DNA of 61,373 bases from Candidatus Nomurabacteria bacterium (GCA_943354975.1 CALRDS010000001.1:1-61373); one strand, 5' to 3'. Positions 49,225-58,026 are shown, counted from the first letter of the stretch. Notes: generated by a model not told the origin, from the letters alone. Numbers and translations are program-made.

Positions 49225-49567
49225 AAGAAATAGCAGCGCCTTCTATACCTTCTATTGTAACACTTATAGGCGCGCCGTCAGTATAGAACTGTGTATAAGA
49301 ACCATTCTCAATAACTTCTCCAATCCAAGTAGCATAGCGTGTAGTAACTAATCTGAAGTCTGTCGGTATTCTATCGTGAAGAGAAATGAATTCTAACGCG
49401 TATAAAACTCCATCTAATAATTTCGAACCTGCGATATGATTCATACCATCTGCTTCAATATGTTTGAAACCAATTGGGTGGCTGTGTGACACAACAACTT
49501 CACCATCAACTACATAATTTATAAGTGTAGTTGAGTCTCCAACAGAAATACGAAGGTGGGGATTCAT
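49184..49567 (-). CDS. Hypothetical protein (~127 aa; ATG 49567 preferred)
   Basis: TATACT 6 nt before ATG; overlaps the start of the next gene. Confidence 0.6.
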   Translation of the reverse strand: MNPHLRISVGDSTTLINYVVDGEVVVSHSHPIGFKHIEADGMNHIAGSKLLDGVLYALEFISLHDRIPTDFRLVTTRYATWIGEVIENGSYTQFYTDGAPISVTIEGIEGAAISYARHSQTIHSFKI

Positions 49568-49610
49568 ATAGATAGTATACAGGTGAGAGGTGAGAGGTGG
49601 TAGTGGAAAC

Positions 49611-49658
49611 AAAAAGCGGTATTGATAATGAAATTACCATTTCATTATCAATACCGCT
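49611..49658 (-). terminator. 20-bp perfect hairpin, terminator of cassette 49668-49937
   Basis: agcggtattgataatgaaat-tacc-atttcattatcaataccgct; U-tract on the minus strand. Confidence 0.8.
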
Positions 49659-49667
49659 CGACCCGAT

Positions 49668-49937
49668 TTACTTCCCAAATTTGAACACGGCAATTCGTGT
49701 TGTTGGAAAAATGATAACCCCTGGCAAGGAGGGTTTTCCGTTTGCCTCAGCAGGAAACAAAATACTTCCGCGAGGCAATCTGGCGTGCATGAAGACCCGA
49801 CTACCGTTTCCTTGTACTAAACAAGGCCCATCTTTTGATTCGTCTGCTCTGTGCCATTCGCATGTACGTTCTGGTGAATTCGGTAGAGTTAACTGATTGG
49901 CAATAGTCCTTATCCAATTTATTCCTAGCATATTCAT
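49668..49937 (-). CDS. Orphan cassette protein (~89 aa; ATG 49937 preferred)
   Basis: GGAGG SD 8 nt before ATG; promoter TTGACT-17-TAGATT (49968-49996) abuts the alaS stop. Confidence 0.7.
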   Translation of the reverse strand: MNMLGINWIRTIANQLTLPNSPERTCEWHRADESKDGPCLVQGNGSRVFMHARLPRGSILFPAEANGKPSLPGVIIFPTTRIAVFKFGK

Positions 49938-49996
49938 GTGCAAATCCTCCAAATAAGGTATCTGCATAATCTATCTTAAAAGAAACTTACAGTCAA

Positions 49997-51967
49997 TTAT
50001 TCAAGTACTGCTTTTATTCTACGAACACCCGCAGATACAGCCTCTTCTTTTATGATTTTAAATTTCACTTTCCTTTTATCCATTTGATTGTTATCATCTG
50101 GATGATTATCCATCTGACTGCTGTCATCTGGATGATTTCCACCGACGGCGAGTACGCCTGTGGAAATCACATGCGGACCGCCACAGAATTCCATAGAAAA
50201 CATTTTCTCTTTTCCTCTTGTCCCTGTTTCCCCTACTGTATAAATGCTAACTGTATCTCCGTACTTTGTATCAAATACGCCAATTGCACCACGAGCACGT
50301 GCTTCAGCATGGCTAACTTCTTCCCTAGTTACTGGTAAATTTTGTGCTATAACATCATTTACTATTTTTTCTACTCTCGCTTTTTGTTCATCTGTCATTT
50401 TTTCACCATGTGAGAAATCAAAACGCAGTCTCTCCGGTGTAATGTTACTTCCTTTCTGAAGTACATGATCACCTAAAACTTGTCGTAGTGCTTCGTGTAA
50501 TAAATGTGTTGCTGTATGATACTTCACCTCCATTTCTCCATCCCCTCCAAGACCACCCTTGAACTTACCAGCGGAAGCAGTGCGAGATTCTTCGGAATGC
50601 TTTTTCTTTTCTTCATCAAATGATGACCTATCTATTTCTATATTTCTTTCCTTGGCAAGTTCTTCTGTAAGTTCAATTGGAAACCCATATGACTGAAGAA
50701 GATCAAAGGCATCAATACCAGAAATATTTCCATGGGATAGTTTTTCAAATTGCCTTATACCATTTTCAAGTGTCTTTCTAAATTTACTTTCCTCTCTATC
50801 AATTTCAATAAGAATATTATCTTTCTTTTCTTCAAGATTGTTGTATTCCTGTCTATATGTTTCAATAAATGAAACTGCGACTTCTTTTGTAAAATTCTCT
50901 TTTACTCCTAGATTACGTGCAAATCTCACTGCGCGACGAATAAGACGGCGCACGAAATACATCTGATCTTTGTTTCCTGGCATCACACCATCCCCTATTA
51001 AAAATGTCGCTGCACGAAGATGGTCCAAACTAACTCGGTATGCATACGTTACCGACTCAGACTCTCCATATTTCTTTCCTGAAAGTCTTTCAATTGTCTT
51101 CTTCGGTTCATCAAAAACGTCAATATTAAACATATCTGAATCATTATTGACTGCGGCTGCTATACGTTCAACTCCACCTCCAAAATCAACATTCATTTGT
51201 GGAAGTTCCTCAAAACCATTTGCAGTCTTCTTGTACTGCATGAATACATTGTTTCCAATTTCCATAAATCTCCCACAATCACAATTCACATGACATGGAA
51301 CATTTGTATACTTAGAAATTGAGTGCATCTTTTTCTCCATCATTGGATCAAAATCATAGAACATTTCAGAATCAGGCCCCCCAGGTTCTCCTGCTGGCAT
51401 ATTCGCTGGTACACCTGAACGTGACCACCAATTTTTTTTCTCTTCAAAATAAAAAATTTTCTCTCCATCATTCATTCCACTTTCTGGGTTTTCACTTATT
51501 TTTGCAACGATTCCTTTTGAGGAAAAAAGTTTTTGCCAAAGCTCAGCAGAAAAAGTATCTCGAGGAACACCCAAATTTTCTTTACCAATAAAACAAGAAA
51601 CATAAAAATGTTGTGGGTCAAGCTTAAGTTCATCAATAAGAAATTCCCACATCCACGTAATCTGCTCCTCCTTAAAATAATCTCCAAAAGACCAATTTCC
51701 AAGCATTTCAAAAAATGTTGTATGCCTATTATCCCCTACTTCCTCTATATCTTTAGAACGAAATGATTTTTGAGAATCAGCAATACGAGTTCCTAGTGGA
51801 TGTGGCTGTCCGAGAAGGTACTGCAACATTGGTTGCATACCACTCCCAGTAAAAAGTGTTGTTGGGTCATTTTCTGGGACCAACGATGCAGACGGTACAA
51901 TAACATGCCCCTTTTCCTTCATAAAATTTAAAAACTTGCTTCTTATTTCGTTTACGGTTAAAGACAT
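49997..51967 (-). CDS. alaS: Alanine--tRNA ligase, truncated type without C-Ala (ATG 51967 preferred)
   Basis: LFT.SGMQP, RHTTFFEMLGNWSFGDYFK, HTATHLL, EFCGGPHV, AGVRRIKA. Confidence 0.97.
   Translation of the reverse strand: MSLTVNEIRSKFLNFMKEKGHVIVPSASLVPENDPTTLFTGSGMQPMLQYLLGQPHPLGTRIADSQKSFRSKDIEEVGDNRHTTFFEMLGNWSFGDYFKEEQITWMWEFLIDELKLDPQHFYVSCFIGKENLGVPRDTFSAELWQKLFSSKGIVAKISENPESGMNDGEKIFYFEEKKNWWSRSGVPANMPAGEPGGPDSEMFYDFDPMMEKKMHSISKYTNVPCHVNCDCGRFMEIGNNVFMQYKKTANGFEELPQMNVDFGGGVERIAAAVNNDSDMFNIDVFDEPKKTIERLSGKKYGESESVTYAYRVSLDHLRAATFLIGDGVMPGNKDQMYFVRRLIRRAVRFARNLGVKENFTKEVAVSFIETYRQEYNNLEEKKDNILIEIDREESKFRKTLENGIRQFEKLSHGNISGIDAFDLLQSYGFPIELTEELAKERNIEIDRSSFDEEKKKHSEESRTASAGKFKGGLGGDGEMEVKYHTATHLLHEALRQVLGDHVLQKGSNITPERLRFDFSHGEKMTDEQKARVEKIVNDVIAQNLPVTREEVSHAEARARGAIGVFDTKYGDTVSIYTVGETGTRGKEKMFSMEFCGGPHVISTGVLAVGGNHPDDSSQMDNHPDDNNQMDKRKVKFKIIKEEAVSAGVRRIKAVLE
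50076..50135. repeat. In-frame 2x30-bp tandem repeat in alaS (NHPDDSSQMD/NHPDDNNQMD)
   Basis: Units differ at 4 of 30 positions; each contains the quasi-palindrome tcatctggatga. Confidence 0.85.
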
Positions 51968-52097
51968 TACCTGATTATAGCTTAGAAATTTATAAAAATG
52001 AATACTCACATAAATAACTAATAATACAGTGTAGTACAACAATATTTAATTAAAAATAAAGACCCGCTTAGCGAGCCTTCTTTTAACATATTTTTTG

Positions 52098-52493
52098 CTA
52101 AGGCAGCTTGGCCAAAGCGTTATCGATTTTAGTCAAGCCATATTGCTCCCAAATAAGTTCATTTTTTTTGTGGAGGTATACCGTATAGTATAATTCTGAA
52201 TCGAATTTATACTTTTCGCTAAAAAGCTTTCTGAGGATTACATCAAGTTCAACTCCAGTAAATTTAGCTATTTTTTCCAGAACAACGGGTTTTGGGTCGC
52301 TGCAAGTCCCAAATTCATACTCGCCTAGGAGTCCAGTACTCACACCAATCTTCTTCGCAAAAAAATCACGTGAGTATGGTTTTTTCATATTTGAGGATTT
52401 AGCCCTCTCTCGAAGAGACCTTAAGTATGCTCCAAATTTTGGTAGTATTTTTCTTTCGCTCCTGGGAACACTTCTCGAACCTTTAGCTTTCAT
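52098..52493 (-). CDS. XRE-family HTH protein, cassette-borne (ATG 52493 preferred)
   Basis: FG.YLR.LR...FAKKIGVS...L..YE.G...P....L.KIA; GGAG SD; promoter TTGACT-17-TAGTTT at 52522-52550; terminator 52052-52079. Confidence 0.85.
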   Translation of the reverse strand: MKAKGSRSVPRSERKILPKFGAYLRSLRERAKSSNMKKPYSRDFFAKKIGVSTGLLGEYEFGTCSDPKPVVLEKIAKFTGVELDVILRKLFSEKYKFDSELYYTVYLHKKNELIWEQYGLTKIDNALAKLP

Positions 52494-52643
52494 GATTTTC
52501 TCCAATTGAACAATTACTTTAAAACTACAATAGATTATGTAGCTAGTCAACTAGATTTCAATCATCTGTTCGGTTCGTAAAGGAAATCTTCGGCATTCAA
52601 TTTATCCGACTCGTCGCTCTGGGGCTCAAGCGACTTCGCTGGA

Positions 52644-52703
52644 TGATTGAATTTAAGATTTAAAAATGACCTTTCGGCCATTTTTAAATCTTAAATTCAA
52701 TCA
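52644..52703. repeat. 25-bp perfect inverted repeat mirroring the ychF 3' end
   Basis: tgattgaatttaagatttaaaaatg / catttttaaatcttaaattcaatca. Confidence 0.9.
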
Positions 52704-53841
52704 CATCCCCATCCTTCACAATGTATTCCTTTCCTTCCGTACGTAATACCCCTTTTGATTTTGCTTCTGCAAAACTACCTAAATCTATTAAATCTTCGTA
52801 TGATACAACTTCTGCACGAATAAATTTATCTTTGAAATCTGTGTGAATAGCTTGTCCTGCTACTGGTGCTGTACTTCCCTTCTTGATTGTCCATGCTCGT
52901 GTTTCCATTTCTCCGGTTGTGAGATACGTTTCTAAACCAAGCAAATTGTATCCAGCATTAATGAGGTTGTTGATTCCGTCATCACTCTCATTTGCCCCAC
53001 CTCGCTCATGCTCCAAATTTGGCGCATGAGCTTCGCGGGACGAATTACCAGTGAGGGCAATTCGCATCTCTTCTTTCTCAATACCTTCAAAATCTTTTAA
53101 TTCGTCTTCTATCTTTGCATCCACAACAACATAATGAAACTTATTTTCCTTAAAATATGCAATCAACTTCTCAAATCTACCATCCTTCATTTCATCTAAA
53201 TTCTTCCCACCAGATTGCTTATTTAATACATAAAGTATTGGCTTCATTGTTATTAAATGTAAGTCTCTGATTAACTTCATTTCATCTTCAGTAAATGATA
53301 AAAGATTTGCAAGTTTTCCTTCATCAAATGCCTTTTTGAAAACATCCAATAATTCTTGAAGTTTTATAGCGTCCTTGTCTCCGCGCCTTACATCACGACC
53401 TATTGTCTGACTTCTCTTTTCTACTGTCTGCATATCTGCCAAAATTAGTTCCATATTTATGATTTCAATATCACGAAGTGGATCCACTGTCCCCTCTACG
53501 TGTATCAAATCACTATTTTCATAAATACGTACTACTTCAGCAATAGCATCTGTCTCGCGGATATGTGAAAGAAAAGCATTTCCTAGACCCTCACCAGACG
53601 ACGCCCCTTTTACCAGGCCTGCAATGTCGACAAATGAAACAATTGCTGGAATTATTTTTTTAGAATTACTAATTTTTGAAAGTTTTTCAAGTCGCTCATC
53701 AGGCACAGGAACTACCCCAACTGACGGATCAATCGTACAGAAAGGATAATTTTCTGCTGGGACAGACTTCTTAGTGAGCGCATTAAATAACGTGGACTTC
53801 CCAACATTTGGCAACCCTACAATTCCAATAGACAAAGACAT
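52684..53841 (-). CDS. ychF: Redox-regulated ATPase YchF
   Basis: GIVGLPNVGKSTLFN, NYPFCTIDP, DIAGLV.GAS.GEGLGN.FL, TGS domain. Confidence 0.98.
   Translation of the reverse strand: MSLSIGIVGLPNVGKSTLFNALTKKSVPAENYPFCTIDPSVGVVPVPDERLEKLSKISNSKKIIPAIVSFVDIAGLVKGASSGEGLGNAFLSHIRETDAIAEVVRIYENSDLIHVEGTVDPLRDIEIINMELILADMQTVEKRSQTIGRDVRRGDKDAIKLQELLDVFKKAFDEGKLANLLSFTEDEMKLIRDLHLITMKPILYVLNKQSGGKNLDEMKDGRFEKLIAYFKENKFHYVVVDAKIEDELKDFEGIEKEEMRIALTGNSSREAHAPNLEHERGGANESDDGINNLINAGYNLLGLETYLTTGEMETRAWTIKKGSTAPVAGQAIHTDFKDKFIRAEVVSYEDLIDLGSFAEAKSKGVLRTEGKEYIVKDGDVIEFKI
52991..53044. repeat. REP-like hairpin in frame within ychF
   Basis: gccccac-ctc-gctcatgc...gcatgagc-ttc-gcgggac; encodes SSREAHAPNLEHERGGAN. 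Confidence 0.75.
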
Positions 53842-53861
53842 AGTTGTGCTATTCTAACACA

Positions 53862-55070
53862 TTATTTTAAATCAAATTTCAAGCTTGCCAATCTATCAAA
53901 TGTCGCATCTTGTTGCGCTTTAGCTTTTGCATAAAGCGGAACAAGTGTCCCTAATAATTCTTCTACAAAAATTGGCTTATCTGGATTATCTTTAATACTT
54001 CTTAAAGCTTTTTCAAAGAAAGCCCGTGTGATAGATACCGTTTCTTTGTATTTATCATCTTTGTCATCTAAAACAACCCCAGTAATAATAGCGTCTATAT
54101 TTTCTTGCGCTATCTTAATTTGCTCTTTAATAAAAACAAGTCTATCTTCTTGGGACATCGCATCTTCATCAGAAAGACTATTGAAGTTTTCACTAAGAGA
54201 TGCGCCTTGAGAAAATAAAGCTAAGCTAGTTAGCTGATCCAACTTTTCCAAATTGCCTTGATTGTTCTCTAAAAAAGATCTTATGGCCACGTGTGCTTCA
54301 TCTCCTATAACTATATCAGTAAAGATTGGTGAATCCCCAAAAAAAAGACCCCGGTACAGCGTAGATTTATTTTTATGAAATATTATTTTTGCCATCTCGT
54401 GAAAATGAAATGGCATTTTTATTAATAAATCATAGCTTATTTCTTTTTTTATAATATCCTCAGAAGCACTAAACATTGAAGCAAAAGCCTCTTCGAGCAT
54501 AGCCTGCTGGCCAGAATTAAAACCACGATCAATTCTCATAAATGAGGGAATTGCTGAATTATCATTTAATAATCCTTGCTTAATAGCCAAAACCACATGA
54601 ACTAAATCATGCGAAGAAGTGATATTTCTATCTCCTGGCAAAACAACACTTACCCCTAAACGTACTAAATTAAAATAATCTTTTTTAGAATAATTTGATC
54701 TGGGTGTATCTTTTTTTATTTGAAAGTTTATAACTCTTTTAAAAACATAGTCTAGGGTCACGAGCAACTTCTCTTCCTCTTCTTCTGTAAGTTTCCGGCC
54801 TAAAGCATTTCTGGTATTTTCATAAATTTCATTTACTTCCACCATTGTCCTATATTGAATTATTGGATTAATCAAAGGATCATGAATCAAATTATTTGGA
54901 ATAGACTCTGATACGCCGGCAGTTTTATCAAGTTCACGCTGTTTGCTTTCTAGTTTTTCAGCTATATCACTTAAATCAGCCATTCTTTTTTCTCTAGCTA
55001 AAATATAACTACTTTTAACAGGCCCTACCTCTGTTTCATTTGAAGCTAAACCTGGTATTTTACTGTCCAT
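53862..55070 (-). CDS. Orphan protein (402 aa), helical, possible HExxH-like HDLVH motif
   Basis: Long AT-rich ORF; no family recognised. Confidence 0.75.
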   Translation of the reverse strand: MDSKIPGLASNETEVGPVKSSYILAREKRMADLSDIAEKLESKQRELDKTAGVSESIPNNLIHDPLINPIIQYRTMVEVNEIYENTRNALGRKLTEEEEEKLLVTLDYVFKRVINFQIKKDTPRSNYSKKDYFNLVRLGVSVVLPGDRNITSSHDLVHVVLAIKQGLLNDNSAIPSFMRIDRGFNSGQQAMLEEAFASMFSASEDIIKKEISYDLLIKMPFHFHEMAKIIFHKNKSTLYRGLFFGDSPIFTDIVIGDEAHVAIRSFLENNQGNLEKLDQLTSLALFSQGASLSENFNSLSDEDAMSQEDRLVFIKEQIKIAQENIDAIITGVVLDDKDDKYKETVSITRAFFEKALRSIKDNPDKPIFVEELLGTLVPLYAKAKAQQDATFDRLASLKFDLK

Positions 55071-55077
55071 ATAATTA

Positions 55078-55116
55078 TTATTTGAACAATTCCTGCAACT
55101 CCTTTTGATACTTTTT
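55078..55116 (-). pseudogene. Duplicated 3' end of the 55182-55412 gene (KKYQKELQELFK*)
   Basis: 12 of 12 aa identical with several synonymous changes. Confidence 0.85.
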
Positions 55117-55181
55117 CCCCACTATGTGAATACACTTCGCGGGGCGAGACTGAATTATAAAAGTTGTCATGTTAATTTTAT

Positions 55182-55412
55182 TCATTTCTTAAATAGCTCT
55201 TGGAGCTCCTTTTGATACTTCTTCATCACATCTAAGCTGGCGTACATTTCTGGTTTTCCTTGCTTCTTCAATACTTCAATTTCTTTTGCTATCTTACTAA
55301 ATAACGCGGGATTTTTATCCACGGCCACTTTCAACATTTCCTGTTGTTCTTTTGGCAAATTCTTTGCCCCATATTTTACTGCCTGTTTTACAAAAAAATC
55401 TCTAATTCCCAT
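55182..55412 (-). CDS. Small helical hypothetical protein (76 aa)
   Basis: ORF starts 5 nt after the stop of the DsbA-family gene. Confidence 0.8.
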   Translation of the reverse strand: MGIRDFFVKQAVKYGAKNLPKEQQEMLKVAVDKNPALFSKIAKEIEVLKKQGKPEMYASLDVMKKYQKELQELFKK

Positions 55413-55417
55413 ATTTA

Positions 55418-56074
55418 TTACTTAGATGCTTCCTGAATAACTTTATCAAAATCTTCAATTGATTTTGGGTTTTGTATCTTTTTACCATTTACAAAAAACG
55501 TTGGAGTACTATTAACACCTAAGTTCACCCCTTCTTTATATTCGGCTAAAATCTTTTCTTCAACTTCTTTGCTATTCAAATCTGATGTAAACTTCGCCAC
55601 ATTAAGACCAAGAGCTGAAGCATACCCAACAAAAGTATCTCGTGCATTTAGTGATCCACTCCAATCAGTCTGTTTATCATAGAGCATGTCATGCATTTCC
55701 CAGAACTTTCCTTGTAATCCTGCAGCCTCCGAAGAACGTGCCGCGAGAAGCGCGTTCTGATGCATTTGTGTTAATGGAAAATGTCTGAATACTACTTTTA
55801 ATATTTGTGGGTTATGTGCAGTAACTTGGCGAACTATAGGTTCATACGCTCCACAGGCAGGACACTGAAAATCTCCGAACTCAACTAAAGTAACTACACC
55901 ATTTGGTGCGCCACGTACATGATCCGTTTCTGTGATGACTACTTCTTGAGTAGTTGAAACGCCAGACTTACTTACGGCGTAAAAATAATAAGCAAATATA
56001 AGAACAATAACCAGAACTAATCCTCCAATAAATTTACCCTCTGTTGTTTCCAAATATTTGGTCAATTTTTTCAT
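55418..56074 (-). CDS. DsbA-family thiol:disulfide oxidoreductase
   Basis: TM, EFGDFQCPAC, FRHFPL, GV.STPTFFVNG. Confidence 0.95.
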   Translation of the reverse strand: MKKLTKYLETTEGKFIGGLVLVIVLIFAYYFYAVSKSGVSTTQEVVITETDHVRGAPNGVVTLVEFGDFQCPACGAYEPIVRQVTAHNPQILKVVFRHFPLTQMHQNALLAARSSEAAGLQGKFWEMHDMLYDKQTDWSGSLNARDTFVGYASALGLNVAKFTSDLNSKEVEEKILAEYKEGVNLGVNSTPTFFVNGKKIQNPKSIEDFDKVIQEASK

Positions 56075-56274
56075 ATTCTTCCAAGTATAACATGGGTAGT
56101 TTTCAATTTACAGTTTAGAGTTTTCTGCAAATACAGACTCAAATTTACACTACCTGTAAAAGGTGTTATAAAGAACAGGAACTTATGATGACCACATTTC
56201 TGCGTGGAGAGTCCAAAGAAGAAAGAATAGCCCGGGAGAAACTCGAATCATCGAGATGGTATAGTTTTTGTTTT

Positions 56275-58026
56275 CTAGCGGTCGGGTGGAACTTCGTAGT
56301 AAGAGATGAGGAACTTAACCAACTTAAAAAATGGATCAGTCAGTGTGGCGGATGCATACTCTGCTCCCTTTGGATAAGTTTGAAAAAGAAAAATAATATA
56401 TTTTGGTTCATATGCTGGGAAATATCCAAAAAAAGAATGTAGATACCTATCTTCATAATATCCACCCCCTGGTTTTACCATTTGGGCTGTTCCAGTTTTT
56501 GCAGCAATACTATAGTGATCCATCTTTCGTGTCCCGTGAGTCAGAGCATTATCTACAACATGAACAAGCATGCGAGAAATACGCTCACTTGAATCTTTGG
56601 TTATAACTTGCTCACCTTCATCTTGAATAATCTTTTTTACATTACCATTTTGATAAATAATACTGTCTACAACATGTGGGGTTACTAATTTCCCACCATT
56701 GCCCAAAACAGAAAGTGCTCGTATTGTTTGAATCGGAGTAATGGCAATGCCTTGTCCGAAACCAGCGGTTGCCGAATCAACAAAAACAGAGCTATCCAAG
56801 TTTTTAGTAAGTCCGCTGGCTTCCCCTGGTAAATCAATACCTGATTCACTGCCTAGCCCGAACTTTTTAAAATAATCTTGGAATCTTTTTGCTCCTAATT
56901 GTTCAACTAGAAATACTGTTCCTACGTTTAGAGACTCATTTAATATCTTTTGCATAGAAGTATTCTTTCCACGAGGTTTCCCATCAAAATTGTGAACCGT
57001 GTAACCATTCAAATCTCTAAATCCAGTGTCGTTATACGTGGTGGATGCTTCATTTATCGCACCAGAATCTATTGCAGAAGCCATAGTTATTGGCTTCATA
57101 ATACTTCCCATTTCGTATACACCTGAAACATTTTGATTTAAAAATAAACTTGGATCTTTTACTTCTCCGTACATATTTGGATCAAATGAAGGTAACCCAT
57201 CCATAGCAATAATAGCTCCCGTTTGTGGATCCATGATGATACCTCCTACTTGTTCTGAATTCCATGTGGCGCGAGTCTCGGCTAGCGCACTGTGTAATGC
57301 CCGCCCTGCTTCAGCGTCTATCGTAAGAACGATGTCCCCCTCTTGTTTATCAGAATTTGAAACAATCGTTTTCTCTATATCCGTAAAAAGTTCTGCAAAA
57401 AAGTTTACTGTCTGATCAGCGCTAGTACGTGATAGAACATCGTCATAATATCTCTCTATTCCATACTGACCTTTTACCCTAGCTCCATCATTTCCCACAA
57501 AGCCGATGACTTTCGATCCAACTGTCTCTTGGGGATACGCCCGTATGTTATCTTTTACAAAGATAGTTCCTTTCAATTTTTGCTTTTTAAGATTCGCGAT
57601 TATTTCACTTGGAATATTTTTTGTAATCTCTTCATATGGATCATTTTTCTTTCCAGCTTTTTCCAAAAACATCACCTTGTCTACCATGACACTGAGAGAC
57701 AGTTTTTCATACAAATCTTCTGCATTTACTATTTGAGTCGGATCAATAGCAATGCGATAGGTAGTGCTTAATTGGGCAATAGGAACTGGAGTACTTCGAT
57801 AATGAGAAAGGAATACGGTTCCGCGGTCAAAATTTATTGGAGTAGTAGAGACGTATTGTTTATCTGCTAGTCCCACATAATATGAATGCTTTACAATTTG
57901 TACATAAAAAGCCCTGCACACCACGATAGCAATTAGTACAAACCACACCAGTAGCACAAGATGCGCCCTATCTTTTGAGCGCATCTCCTGATCTTCACTT
58001 ATTCCCCAAACCTCTTTATCGTGCAT
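56275..58026 (-). CDS. ftsI: Class B penicillin-binding protein
   Basis: SIMK, SLN and KTGT motifs; follows mraZ-rsmH-ftsL. Confidence 0.92.
   Translation of the reverse strand: MHDKEVWGISEDQEMRSKDRAHLVLLVWFVLIAIVVCRAFYVQIVKHSYYVGLADKQYVSTTPINFDRGTVFLSHYRSTPVPIAQLSTTYRIAIDPTQIVNAEDLYEKLSLSVMVDKVMFLEKAGKKNDPYEEITKNIPSEIIANLKKQKLKGTIFVKDNIRAYPQETVGSKVIGFVGNDGARVKGQYGIERYYDDVLSRTSADQTVNFFAELFTDIEKTIVSNSDKQEGDIVLTIDAEAGRALHSALAETRATWNSEQVGGIIMDPQTGAIIAMDGLPSFDPNMYGEVKDPSLFLNQNVSGVYEMGSIMKPITMASAIDSGAINEASTTYNDTGFRDLNGYTVHNFDGKPRGKNTSMQKILNESLNVGTVFLVEQLGAKRFQDYFKKFGLGSESGIDLPGEASGLTKNLDSSVFVDSATAGFGQGIAITPIQTIRALSVLGNGGKLVTPHVVDSIIYQNGNVKKIIQDEGEQVITKDSSERISRMLVHVVDNALTHGTRKMDHYSIAAKTGTAQMVKPGGGYYEDRYLHSFFGYFPAYEPKYIIFLFQTYPKGAEYASATLTDPFFKLVKFLISYYEVPPDR

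Noticed and set aside
32273..51967. Short AspRS, L13 and AlaRS as pseudogenes
   Set aside because: Catalytic and conserved motifs are intact and frames are open; such reduced forms are expected in CPR.
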